Assembly: GCA_030390025.1 (NCBI GenBank) | Contig: CM059432.1 | Coordinates: 8,742,001 to 8,806,000, forward strand | From: Squalus acanthias | Taxonomy: Eukaryota | Direction: 5' to 3' | Length of the DNA: 64,000 nucleotides | Part shown: positions 39,195 to 50,351 of the stretch, in pieces | Layout: every line of letters starts with the position of its first letter | Position numbering within the stretch: the stretch's first letter is position 1 | Position numbers and translations under genes: made by a program | The notes under the pieces: model-generated | Databases searched by the model: none | Told to the model about the DNA's origin: nothing | What the model saw: the letters and a program-made list of their open reading frames with translations, nothing else

Positions 39195-39231
39195 TTACCT
39201 GACGAAGGAGCAGCGCTCCGAAAGCTCGTGA
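39195..39231 (+). ncRNA. Minimal type I hammerhead ribozyme motif (Penelope-type)
   Basis: TTAC-CTGACGA-A-GGAGC-AGC-GCTCC-GAAA-GC-TC-GTGA: conserved CUGANGA and GAAA boxes, 5-bp stem II, stem I TTAC/GTGA, vestigial stem III with AGCT palindrome. Confidence 0.7.
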
Positions 39232-39469
39232 TTTCAAATAAAACTGTTGGACTATAACCTGGTGTTGTGCGACTTCTCATTATGACATGGCACTGAATCA
39301 CTTTTTAGTTATCTTACTTTCATTTCTGTGAGGTGACTGTGGCAATGAGTGGAATCGCCATAAACTCCAAGGAGTTTGATGACCTCAACAAGGTCAGCAA
39401 TGGTAAGAATGGTTTCAAATGAAGAACAGGGCAGATAGCGGAATCACAGAGAAACATATGGGCACTCGA

Positions 39470-40800
39470 TAGCTGTGGCTCAGTGGGTAGCACCCTTGCC
39501 TTGGAGTCAGAAGATTGTGGGTTCCACGTCTCACTCCATATTAAACAAAAATCTTGGCTGAAAGTGCAGTGTAGTACGAAGGTGCCGTCTTTTGGATGAG
39601 AAGTTAAACCGAGGCCCCGTCTGCTCTATCAAGTGGATGTAAAAGATCCCCAAGGCACTATTGCGAAGAAGAGTAGGGGGAGTTATCCCTGATGTCCTGG
39701 TCAATATTTATCCCTCAATCAACATCACTAAAACAGATCTTCTGGGCATGTAAGGGGTTTTCTCCGATACTGGTCCCCCGTTACACACAGTTCTTGGACG
39801 TCAGGATTTATAAGAACAAAATACACACGGCACAGGGTTTTGGCTCAACCTTTGATTTGTTTGTTTATTGAACACACACACACACACAATTACTTCCCCA
39901 GTATAAATCCCTACGATTTATATCAGGCTAACAACCCCAAAATACAAACCCCTACGCAAGGGTCATTTGCATCGAAGCAATATGACACAGTTAAACCCGT
40001 CCGCGATTTGACTGTTACATACAAAGTTACCCAGACTCAATCACAAAACCCTTATTGTGATCTGACTGAAACTCACAAACTTACTCAGACTCAATCATAA
40101 AAGCCCCCTCTATGATTTGACTGAAACATACAATCACCACTCCCGATTGGCTGTCTCCTGGAGTTGATTGTAGGCCCAAATTCTTCTGCTCATTGTTCTT
40201 GCATTAGCTTCCGACACCGACTCTCTTCATAGTGCCTTTTCCTTTAAACCAAAAACCAACTTGCAATATCTAGAAACACATATCCTGGCCCCCTCCTGTG
40301 CACACAATGGCCATATCAAAATGTGTGAATGTCTCTAACAGAGAACTCTTGATGGCTAATTGTCCCTCGTATTGTCCATTGATTACTTGGGCACCGACTG
40401 TCTGCATCGGGGTCCTTTCTGACAATGCAACCTTCCCAAGGTGACTGCATATGCTAGTTGTTGCTTTCTGTTAGCATTCGTATTCAAATGGTTCAGGGCC
40501 CGGCCCATTGTCTCGGGCTGCACTGATACCATGGTCCAAGGTGAACAATGTAACCCCTTAAGGTAAATGAATATGCGTAAATGTTCCTTTTCAGAAGCAT
40601 TCATATTTTAGATTGTCTGTGAAAAGTGATATCCGGTCTCTTGATGGTTCGTAGTTTCGGCTGCAATGTTTGAATTAACCCTTTATTGCCCATCTCTTTT
40701 TGCGGGCTGTGCAGTTCTGGGTTTTATATTTCATAGTCCAATTTTTACCATGGGGGGGAGGAACGGATCCTACAGGCATTATCATATTGCTGTTTATGGG
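39470..40800 (+). mobile_element. DeuSINE interrupted by a solo LTR (SINE parts ~39470-39748 and 40775-40800)
   Basis: tRNA-like head TGGCTCAGTGGG..GTGGGTTC and Deu core; the SINE resumes as (GGCA)TTATCATATTGCTGTTTATGGG after the LTR. Confidence 0.8.
39749..40774 (-). mobile_element. Solo LTR (1026 bp), ERV1- or Gypsy-type
   Basis: TG...CA ends (TGTAAGG / CCTACA), 4-bp TSD GGCA (39745-39748, 40775-40778), AATAAA on the minus strand at ~39864. Confidence 0.75.
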
Positions 40801-43800
40801 AAATTGTGCCCTCTACACCCAAGTCCAAGTCATTAATATATATCAAGAAAAGCAGTGGTCCTAGTACCGACCCCCTAGGGAACACCACTGTATACCTTCC
40901 TCCAGTCCGAAAACAACCGATCACCACTACTCCGTTTCCTGTCACTGAGCCAATTTCCTATCCATGCTGCCACTGTCCCTTTTATTCCATGGGCTTCAAC
41001 TTTGCTGGAAAGCCAATTATGTGGCACTTTATTAGACGCCTTTCAGAATTCAATGTACACCACGTCAACCGCATTACCCTCATCAACCCTCAGTTACCTC
41101 ATTAAAAAACGCAATCAAGTTAGTTAAACATGATTTGCCTTTAACAAATCCGTGCTGGCTTTCCTTAATTAATCCACACTTGTCCAAGTGACTGTTAATT
41201 TTGTCCCAGATTATCATTTCTAAGAGCTTCCTCACTACCAATGTTAAACTGACTGGCCTGTAGTTGCTGGGATTATCCACACACCATTTTTTGAACAAGG
41301 GTATAACATTTGCAATTCTCCAGTCCTCTGGCACCACCCCTGTATCTAAGGAGGATTAGAAGATTATGGTCAGTACCTCTGCAATTTCCATTTTTACTTC
41401 CCTCACCATCCTAGGATGCATCCCATCTGGTCCTGGTGACTTATCAACTTTAAGTACAGCCAGCTTTTCTAGTACCTCCTAGTTATCAATTTTTATCCCA
41501 TCCGGTATCTCAACTACCTCTCTTTCACTATGGCTTTGGCAGCATCTTCTTTCTTGGTAAAGACAGATGCAAAGTACTCATTTAGTACCTCAGCCATGCC
41601 CTCTGCCTCCATGTGTAGGTCTCCATTTTGGTCCCTAATCGGCCCCACCCCTCCTCTTACTACCCGTTTACTATTTATATGCCTATAGAAGACTTTTGGA
41701 TTCCCTTTTAGGTTAGCTGGCAATCTATTCTCATACTCTCTCTTTTCCCCTCTTATTTCCTTTTCCACTTCCCCTCTGAACTCTCTATATTCAACCTGGT
41801 TCTCACTTGTGTTCTCAACCTGATATCTGTCAAACGCCCCCTTTTTCTGCTTCATCTTACTCTCTATCTCTTTCATCATTCAAGGAGCTCTGACATTGTT
41901 TGCCCTACCTTTCCCCCTAGTGGGAATGTACCTCGACTGTACCCGAACCATCTCCTCTTTAAAGGCAGCCCATTGTTCAATTACAGATTTGCCTGCTAAT
42001 CTTTGATTCCAATTTACCTGGGGCAGATCCGTTCTCAATCCACTGAAACTGGCTTTCCTCCAATTAAGTATTTTTACTCTAGATTGTTCCCTGTCCTTTT
42101 CCATAGCTAATCTAAACCTTATGATACTATGATCACTGTTCCCTAAATGTTCACCTACTGATACTTGCTCCACTTGACCCACCTCATTCCCCAGAACCAG
42201 ATCCAGCAATGCCTCCTTCCTTGTTGGGCCGTAAAAGTACTGATCAAGAAGGTTCTCCTGAACACACTTCAGAAATTCTTCCCCCTCTCTGCCCTTTACA
42301 CTATTACTATCCCAGTCTATTAGGATAGTTGAAGTCCCCCATTATCTATAGTTCTTGCATCTCTGTAATTTCCCTGCAAATTTGCTCCTCTATATCCTTC
42401 CCACGAGTTGGGGGCCTATAGAATACACCTAGTAGTGTAATGGCACCTCTATTGTTTCTTAACTCTAACCAAATAGATTCTGTCCATGACGCCTCCAGGA
42501 CATCCTCACTCCAGCACTGTAATATTCTCCTTAATCAATACTGCCACCCCACCTCTTTTCTTTCCTTCCCTATCTTTCCTGAACACCTTATATCCAAGAA
42601 TATTTAATACCCAATTCTGTATTTTTTTGAGCCAGGTCTCCATTATCACCACAACGTCATATTCCCATGTGGCTAGTTGCACCTGCAGCTCACCAACCTT
42701 ATTTACCACGCTTCGTGCATTCACACACATGCACTGTAAACCTATCTTAGAACTTCTTGTATTCTCTCTTAGTCTGACCCCATCTAATAACCTCACTATC
42801 TCTTACTCTAGTGCTATCTGTCTCTCCCCATCCTTTGTGCACTTTGTTTCTCCTTTCTAATGCTGCATCCTGGTGCCCATCCTCCTGCCAAATTAGTTTA
42901 AACTCTCCCCAACAGCACTGGCAACCGCCCCTCCCTCAACCCACCCCCCCCCACCCCCCCCCCCCCCCCCCGCCCCCGCCGTGATGATATTGTTACCAGC
43001 TCTGTTGAGGTGCAACCCCTCTGGCCTGTACAGGTCCCACCTCCCCCAGAACTGGTCCCAATGTCCCAGGAATCTAGAGCCCTCCCTCCTGCACCATCTC
43101 TTCAGCCACGCATTAATCTGCTCTATCCTCCTATTTCTATACTCACTCGCGCGTGGCACCGGGAGTAATCGGAGATTACTGCCTTTGAAGTCCTGCTTTT
43201 TCATCTCTTTCCTATCTCCCTAAAATCTGCCTGCAGGACCTCATCCCTCTTTCTACCTATGACGTTGGTGCCGATATGGACCACGACCTCTGGCTGTTCA
43301 CCCTCCCCCTTCAGAATGCCCTGCAGCCGTTCAGTGACATCCTTGACCCTGGCACCAGGGAGGCAACATACCATCCTGGAATCACGTCTGTGGCCGCAGA
43401 AACGCCTGTCTGCTCCCCTAACTATCGAATCTCCTATCACTATTGCTTTCCCGATCTTCCTCCTCCCCCCCTGTACAGCTGAACCACCCATGGTGCCATG
43501 GACTTGGCTCTGGCTGTGCTTCCCCAGAGGAACCATCGCCCTCACCAATACTGGTTAGAGAGTGAGATGCACTCAAGGGACTCTTGCACTACCTGCCTGG
43601 TCCTGCTTGTCTGTCTGATGGTCACCCATTCCCTCTCTGCCTGCAAACTCTTACGCTGCAAGATGACCACCTCCTGAAACGTGCTATCCACCTAGCTCTC
43701 AGCCTCACGGATGCACTGCAGTGACACCAGCTGCTGCTCAAGCTCGGAAACCTATTAACTAACTTAACAGAAATAAACTCAAGACTTAAAAAAACAATCA

Positions 43801-44270
43801 CCAGCTATTCATCAATCAGCTCCTTCCCTTGTGCTGACGTCAATTTAGGTTTTTTACCTCGTTCCCTGATGCTCGCGCTCCCTCCGGGCTTTGGGCTCTG
43901 GGCCTACTTTTATCTGTGGCCGCTCCTCTTGCTCTCCCGCAGGTCCGCTCTCGTGCCTATTAACTTAGAGTCCTTGGGTTCTGTGGCTCCAATCCTCCTT
44001 TTCAGTCAGACGTCTCAACCACCTTCTGCCTCTCCGCAGAATTCCTGCTCTCACCAAATTCCTCCACTCTGCTTGCGATCCACTCCGTTTGCATTCACCC
44101 AGCTCTGTCTCCAAGCTCTGAGCTGTTGTAAACTGGTGCCTCGTGTATATACCTTTTGGGAGTCAAACAAGTTACAACTGCTTAAATCAGCTTCTAGCTC
44201 ACAGCTTTTACCACCTAATCAGGCAACCATTACAGCTGATAGCTGCTAACCCTCTCTGCACCCTCTCTAA
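40801..44270 (-). mobile_element. Long degenerate CR1 LINE: 5'UTR, ORF1 (SGNH esterase-like), ORF2 (APE endonuclease + partial RT); 3' end missing
   Basis: ORF1 motifs IVIGDSIVRG..CLPGARVKDV..VHIGTN; endonuclease motifs CVNARSV, IMETWL, GNSDH; RT motifs NYRPVSLT, QHGFVKGKSCLTNL, GSVLGPLLFLIYINDLD. Multiple frameshifts and stops. Confidence 0.92.
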
Positions 44271-44273
44271 GGT

Positions 44274-45469
44274 GGGAACTTCACTCTGTATCTAACCCGT
44301 GCTGTACCTGCCCTGGGAGTGTTTGATGGGACAGTGTAGAGGGAGCTTTACTCTGTATCTAACCCGTGCTGTACCTGCCCTGGGAGTGTTTGATGGGGCA
44401 GTGTAGAGGGAGCTTCACTCTGTATCTAACCCGTGCTGTACCTGCCCTGGGAGTGTTTGATGGGACAGTGTAGAGGGAGCTTTACTCTGTATCTAACCCG
44501 TGCTGTACCTTCCCTGGGAGTGTTTGATGGGACAGTGTAGAGGGAGCTTTACTCTGTATCTAACCCGTGCTGTACCTTCCCTGGGAGTGTTTGATGGGGA
44601 CAGTGCAGAGGGAGCTTTACTCTGTATCTAACCCGTGATGTACCTGCCCTGGGAGTGTTTGATGGGACAACGTAGAGGGAGCTTTACTCTGTATCTAACA
44701 CGTGCTGTGCCTGCCCTGGGAGTGTTTGATGGGACAGTGTAGAGGGGGCTTTATTCTGTATCTAACCCGTGCTGTACCTGCCCTGGGAGTGTTTGATAGG
44801 ACAGTGTAGAGGGAGCTTTACTCTGTATCTAACCCCGCGCTGTACCTGCCCTGGGAGTGTTTGATGGGACAATGTAGAGGGAGCTTCACTCTGTATCTAA
44901 CCCGTGCTGTACCTGCCCTGGGAGTGTTTGATAGGGACAGTGTAGAGGGAGCTTCACTCTGTATCTATCCTGTGCTGTACCTGCCCTGGGAGTCTTTGAT
45001 GGGACAGTGCAGAGGGAGCTTTACTCTGTATCTAACCCATGCTGTACCTGCCCTGGGAGTGTTTGATTGGACAGTGTAGAAGGAGCTTTACTCTGTATCT
45101 AACCCGTGCTGTACCTGCCCTGGGAGTGTTTGATGGGACAGTGTAGAGGGAGCTTTACTCTATATCTAACCCGTGCTGTACCTGCCCTGGGAGTGTTTGA
45201 TGGGACAGTGTAGAGGGAGCTTTACTCTGTATCTAACCCGTGCTGTACCTGCCCTGGGAGTGTTTGATGGGACAGTGTAGAGGGAGCTTTACTCTGTATC
45301 TAACCCGTGCTGTACCTGCCCTGGGAGTGTTTGATGGGGACAGTGTAGAGGGAGCTTCACTCTGTATCTAACCCGTGCCGTACCTGCCCTGGAGTGTTTG
45401 ATGGGGCAGTGTAGAGGGAGCTTTACTCTGTATCTAACCCGTGCCGTACCTGCCCTGGAGTGTTTGATG
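44274..45469 (+). repeat. 67-bp tandem repeat, ~18 copies (ACTCTGTATCTAACCCGTGCTGTACCTGCCCTGGGAGTGTTTGATGGGACAGTGTAGAGGGAGCTTT)
   Basis: Directly visible, highly homogeneous units; resembles a dispersed minisatellite common in shark assemblies. Confidence 0.97.
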
Positions 45470-45689
45470 TTGACACCAGGTGCTGAGAATGTTAAACTGT
45501 TCCACTCCCCCACAATGACATCCAGCACCTCGATGGCAATAAAACTCATAAAGTAACAGAAGCTTTTTCCCTGGACATAGATATTGAGAGGACAGGGAAT
45601 GTCTGTAACAAGTCATCAAGTAGTTCTCGTCTTATCTTAGAATCAAGGACTCAATAGACTGTGTGTTTCAAACAAAGCTGATTTATCTA

Positions 45690-46025
45690 TACAGAATTTT
45701 AAAATCCAGCCCAGTTATTGGGGTTTTAACAGCCACAAAATATAAGATGGCCATTAATAATTCCAGGAGGGAATTCAGGAGAAACTTGTATACCCAGAGA
45801 GTGGTGAGAATATGGAACTCGCCACCACAAAGAGTAGTTGAGGCTAAAAGTATAGATGCATTTCAGGGGAAGCCACATGAGTGTGTAAGGAATAGAAGGA
45901 TATGTTGATAGGGTGAGATGAAGTAGGGTGAAAGGAGGCTCGTGTGGAGCATAAACACCGGCACGGACCAGTTGGGCCGAATGGCCTGTTTCTGTGCTGT
46001 ACATTCTATGTCTATGTTTCTATGT
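45690..46025 (+). mobile_element. CR1 3' end
   Basis: RREFRRNLYTQRVVRIWNS motif and (TCTATG)n tail. Confidence 0.8.
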
Positions 46026-46416
46026 TAACCGCTAACTGCCACTGACCGTGCAGTTTCTTTTATGCTACAAGACAAAATTCCAATCTGATGATTACTTACC
46101 TTATACCTACCAGTGAATTCCTCCTCTCCACCGATTCCTGCTCTCACCAAATTCCCCCACTCTGCTTGCGATCCGCTCCGATTGTGTTCTCCCAGCTCTG
46201 TCTCCAAGCTCTGTCTCCCAGCTCTGTCTCCAAGCTCTGTGCTCAAGCTCTGATGTCATCCGTTAAGGACAGGCACCTGCTGAATAGCCCAATCCTACAG
46301 TCTCGCCGGCCAATCGAAAATAGGACGCAATCAACTTGTTCATTTCATTTTGATTTCCCTTGACTTTAACATTTGGATTTGGATTTTGTTAATTTTGTTC
46401 AAAGTAGTTTAGGAAA

Positions 46417-46600
46417 CGAAAGAAAGACTTGCATTTCTATAGCGCCTTTCACAACCTCAGGATGTACCAAAGCGCTTTACAGCCAATGAGATACCTGAGA
46501 AGCGTAGTCACTGTTGTAATGTAGGAAACACGGCAGCCAATTTGCGCACAGCAAGCTCCCACAAACAGAAATGCGATAAATGACCAGATAATCTATTTTT
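46417..46600 (-). mobile_element. DeuSINE 3' portion
   Basis: Matches the tail of the other copies. Confidence 0.8.
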
Positions 46601-46636
46601 TGTGGAAGGGCCACCCCACCCTGTAACTTTAGTGAG

Positions 46637-46940
46637 ATCATCCTTTAATTCTGGCCCCTTGCGCATCCCCGATTTTAATCGCTCCACTATTGGCGGCCGT
46701 TCCTTCAGCTGCCTTGGCCCTAAGCTCTGTAATCCTCTCCGCCTCCCTCCCTCGCTCTCCCCCTTTAAGACGCTCTTTAAAACCTACCTCTTTGACCAAG
46801 CTTTTGGTCGCCTGTCCTAATATCTCCTTATCTGACTCGGTGTCCAATTCTGTTTGATAACGCTCCTGTGAAACGCCTTGGGATGTTTTACTACTTTAAA
46901 GGTGCTATATAAATGCAAGTTATTGTTGCTTGTTGTTGTT
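46637..46940 (+). mobile_element. L2 LINE 3' end
   Basis: Reverse complement of the 61700-62000 sequence; ends TATATAAATGCAAGTTATTGTTG. Confidence 0.8.
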
Positions 46941-47017
46941 TAATGGGAGATACTTAATGCATCTCAGTGGGATTGAGCCTTCCCTAATCCCACAGTCCTA
47001 CCAGCCTATCTAAAATA

Positions 47018-47420
47018 GGACAAAAGCAAAATACTGCAGATGCTGGAAATCTGAAATAAAAATAGAAAATGCTGGAAATACCCTACAGGTCGGGCAGCAT
47101 CTGTGGAGAGAGAAACAGAGTTAACGTTTCAGGCCGATGACCCTTCGTCAGAACTGGAAAAAGCTGGAGATGGAACAGGTTTTTAAGCAAGTGCAGGGAC
47201 AGGGAAAGGGGGGAGGGGAGGAAAGAACAAAAGGGAAAGTCTGTGATAGGATGGAAGGCAGGAGAGATTAAGAGACATTAAGAGATGGTGCAAGGCAAAA
47301 GGAGATGGTAATGGGACAAGTTAAGAAACAAAAGATGGCTCTAGGTGAAGTGTAAATGGCACAGAATGAAAGACAGCTGCCATGTGGGAGAGAGAAAAAT
47401 AAATAAATAAATAAAATAAA
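47018..47420 (-). mobile_element. Penelope-like element terminal fragment
   Basis: AAAATACTGCAGATGCTGGAAATCTGAAATAAAA..CAGCATCTGTGG terminal motif plus a hammerhead motif on the minus strand. Confidence 0.65.
47119..47155 (-). ncRNA. Minimal hammerhead ribozyme motif (Penelope-type)
   Basis: Minus strand AGTT-CTGACGA-A-GGGTC-ATC-GGCCT-GAAA-CG-TT-AACT; stem I AGTT/AACT; AACGTT palindrome in place of stem III. Confidence 0.6.
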
Positions 47421-47837
47421 TGGAAAAAAATAGCATATCTAAAATATCTAAAATAGGACCTCCTCATCATGTTCAAGTTTCATATTTCCTGTTCCCAATA
47501 AATAGCTCTGCCAAAAGGCAAATGACCATGGATTCCTCACACAACACATTCTCAGTTTTATCCTAAATATCAGTGAGGAGTGCCAAGTTAAAGTGAGGAG
47601 TTTCTCCATGGGGGAGGAGAACTAAAGAGAGCATTACTCCCGTATGCTCTCAATAACCACCTAGTGAAAACTTGCAGAACAGCATTGTTGATGGGTGGGA
47701 GTGGTTGTCCAGTCCACTCTCAACAACAACAATTTGCATTTATAAAGCGCCTATAATGTTAAGAACGTCTTGAGACACTTTACAGAGAAATAGAAGGAAA
47801 ATAGACGTGGCAGCAGGAAGGTAGATGTTGGGAGGGG

Positions 47838-48312
47838 AACATAGGAGCAGAAGGAGGCCATTCAGCCCCTCGAGCCTGTTCCGCCATTCAATGAGATCAT
47901 GGCTGATATGACTTAACTCCAAATACCCGTCTTTGGCCCATATTGCTTAAAATCTTTGGTTAACAAAAATTTATCAATCTCAGATTTAAAATTAACAATT
48001 GATCCAGCATCAACTGCCATTTGTGGAACCATTTGCAGAAGAGAGTTCCAAACTTCTACCACCCTTTGTGTGTAGAAGTGTTTCTTAATTTCGCTCCTGA
48101 AAGGTCTGGCTGTAATTTTTAGACTATGCACCCTCGTCCTAGATTCCCCAACCAGCGGAAATAGTTTCTCTCTATCCACCCTATCTGTTCCCCTTAATAT
48201 CTTGAAAACTTCGATCAGATCACCTCTTAACCTTCTAAATTCCAGGGAATACAACCCTAGTTTGTGTAATCTCTCCTCGTAACTTAACCCTTGGAGTCCA
48301 GGTATCATTCTA
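47838..48312 (-). mobile_element. CR1 3' end inserted in a degenerate L2 tail (~47720-47790, 48313-48400)
   Basis: MIPGLQGLSYEERLHKLGLYSLEFRRLRGDLIEVFKI...FYTQRVVEVWNSL. Confidence 0.9.
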
Positions 48313-49784
48313 GGCTTGGTTAAAGAGATGGGTTTTGAGAAGGTTTTTAAAGGGGGGAGAGGGAGGCGGAGAGTTTTGGGAAGGAATTCCAGAGAACAGG
48401 ACTCGGGTAGGAATTGCTATAGGACATGGGAAACCTAAAAGGTGGCATCAAAATAAATGCTTTTAAGAACCTAATGGATTACTATAAAGGAGTATTTCAA
48501 ATATATTGTTGCATTTTTATTAAGCTAATGTAAATCAATATAACCCAGAATCTTGTTAATACTTACCTTTTTATAGAAATCATATTTAAGACTTCAGTTC
48601 CTCACTCTTAACTGGTGCACTTAATGGTGATTGTTGAAACTGTGATTGATCAGAAGTGGTACGTATGGGATATAACATCCTCTTTGAGGACATTGCAGTA
48701 ATCCAGGATTCCTTATTTTCTGAACTATTGATTCACTGAATCATTTATAATGTTTTCTTAATGCTCCAATAAATTAAATCAGTTCACAATCTTTCAGACA
48801 AGGACATAACTCAAACCTGGTTACAGCTTTCCCTACTACAGCACTCCCAGGATCATCCTCAGTGTTAGAGTCCCAGCAAATATTTCAGTCATACCTACAC
48901 TGCAATAAATAGGGGGCCCACCAAAAGCCTGCAGTAGTTCCAATAGTTGGTTGAATATTTATTCCCTGGCTTTATTATAAGAGAACCAATTTCTCACGGC
49001 CAGTTAGATAGGCCAACTCGAATTTTCACAAAGGTTGTCCCGATCTGCTGCTGCAGAAATGCCGTAAACCATGTATCTCAGCCATATATGTCCTTTCTCC
49101 AGACATCCTACTGATCTCCAACCAAAATTACGGCAGGAGATCAGGAGAAGCCCCATGGAAATTCAGGACCTGTATCTCTTAAACATACCCAAAACTATCC
49201 TCAAATAGATAGACCTGTAATGGTACATGTTGGGTTAAATTGGCCATGTTGTGTGGATTTACATGATGTTGATGCCTGTTTTTAACATGGACTTTCTGCC
49301 CACCTCTGAAATAATTAACATATGGCAACATACTTAGATACACAAGACAAAGAATATTTGTATCAGTCTGTGTTGATGTCATGTTAACAACCTGATTGTT
49401 ACTTTTTTTTGCGAATCAATGTGTGGTACGCTCACTCAATATTATCACGTATAGTCTTTTAGTGGAGACTGGCAGCGGATCTCAGGCCTGTTAACCAAAC
49501 ATTAATAAACGTCTTTCTGCACCGATTTTCTCTTCCTCTCCCAAAGGCACTGGCTCGTGCTGGGCTCTGGTTCCATGGTGTGAACGTCCCTCCAGCACTT
49601 CATCCAAGTGAGCACGAACAGTGAGTGTCAACAGGCTACATGAAGATGAGGGACATCAGAACCTTGTCAGATTCCGTCCTTAGACAATGTCAGCACATAC
49701 ATACTGACCAACAGAAGTCACTGGACTGGATACCCTGGCTGATATTCTCCTCCTTAGATCAGGGGCATGTCAGGTTACGCGGAA

Positions 49785-50078
49785 TTACATAGAAATTATG
49801 GCACAGAAACAGGCCATTTGGCCCAACTGCTCCATGCCGGTGTTTACAGCTCCACACGAGATCCTCCCAACCCACTTCATTTAACTCTATCAACATATCC
49901 TTCTATTCTTTCTCCCTCATGTACTTATCTAGCTTTGCCTTAAATGCATCTATGCTATTCGCCTCAACTACTCCCTGTGGTAGCGAGTTCCACATTCTAA
50001 CCACTCTCTGGGTGAAGAAGTTCCTCCTGAATTCCTTACTGGATTTATTAGTGACTATTTTATATTTATGACCGCTAG
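49785..50078 (-). mobile_element. CR1 3' end
   Basis: FRRNFFTQRVVRMWNSLPQGVVEANSIDAFKAKLD; same subfamily as 45690-46025. Confidence 0.85.
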
Positions 50079-50351
50079 TCAGGTGCTGTGCCACTCCAAC
50101 TATTGCTGTGGTGGCATGTGGCTAAATTAATACAGACATGGGTTTGAACCTGGTATCTACCTGGCCTGTATGGTTGAGTACCAACCCTAGACAGTGCAAA
50201 TACTGACTGTGCCACCAGTCGAGCTATTGGACCGATGGTTCGAATGAGGTTTCTGTGGGAGAATCAGCACAGCTTTTAAATCCTGGGGACATTGCGCTTG
50301 GATATTTTCTAAAACGTAACTTTCCTATAATATGACTACATGCTCCACTGG

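Larger units (their letters stand above)
39067..39274. mobile_element. Penelope-type non-autonomous palindromic insertion with 15-bp TSD
   Basis: 89-bp inverted arms 39103-39191 / 39193-39281 (1 mismatch). TSD TCTCATTATGACATG at 39052-39066 and 39275-39289. Confidence 0.8.

Noticed and set aside
5829..45469. CRISPR-like arrays (25-bp and 67-bp repeats)
   Set aside because: Head-to-tail repeats without unique spacers, no cas genes, vertebrate context.
48540..48900. Possible minus-strand exons near the GGTAAGT at 48561-48567
   Set aside because: Frames contain stops and no recognisable protein; insufficient support.
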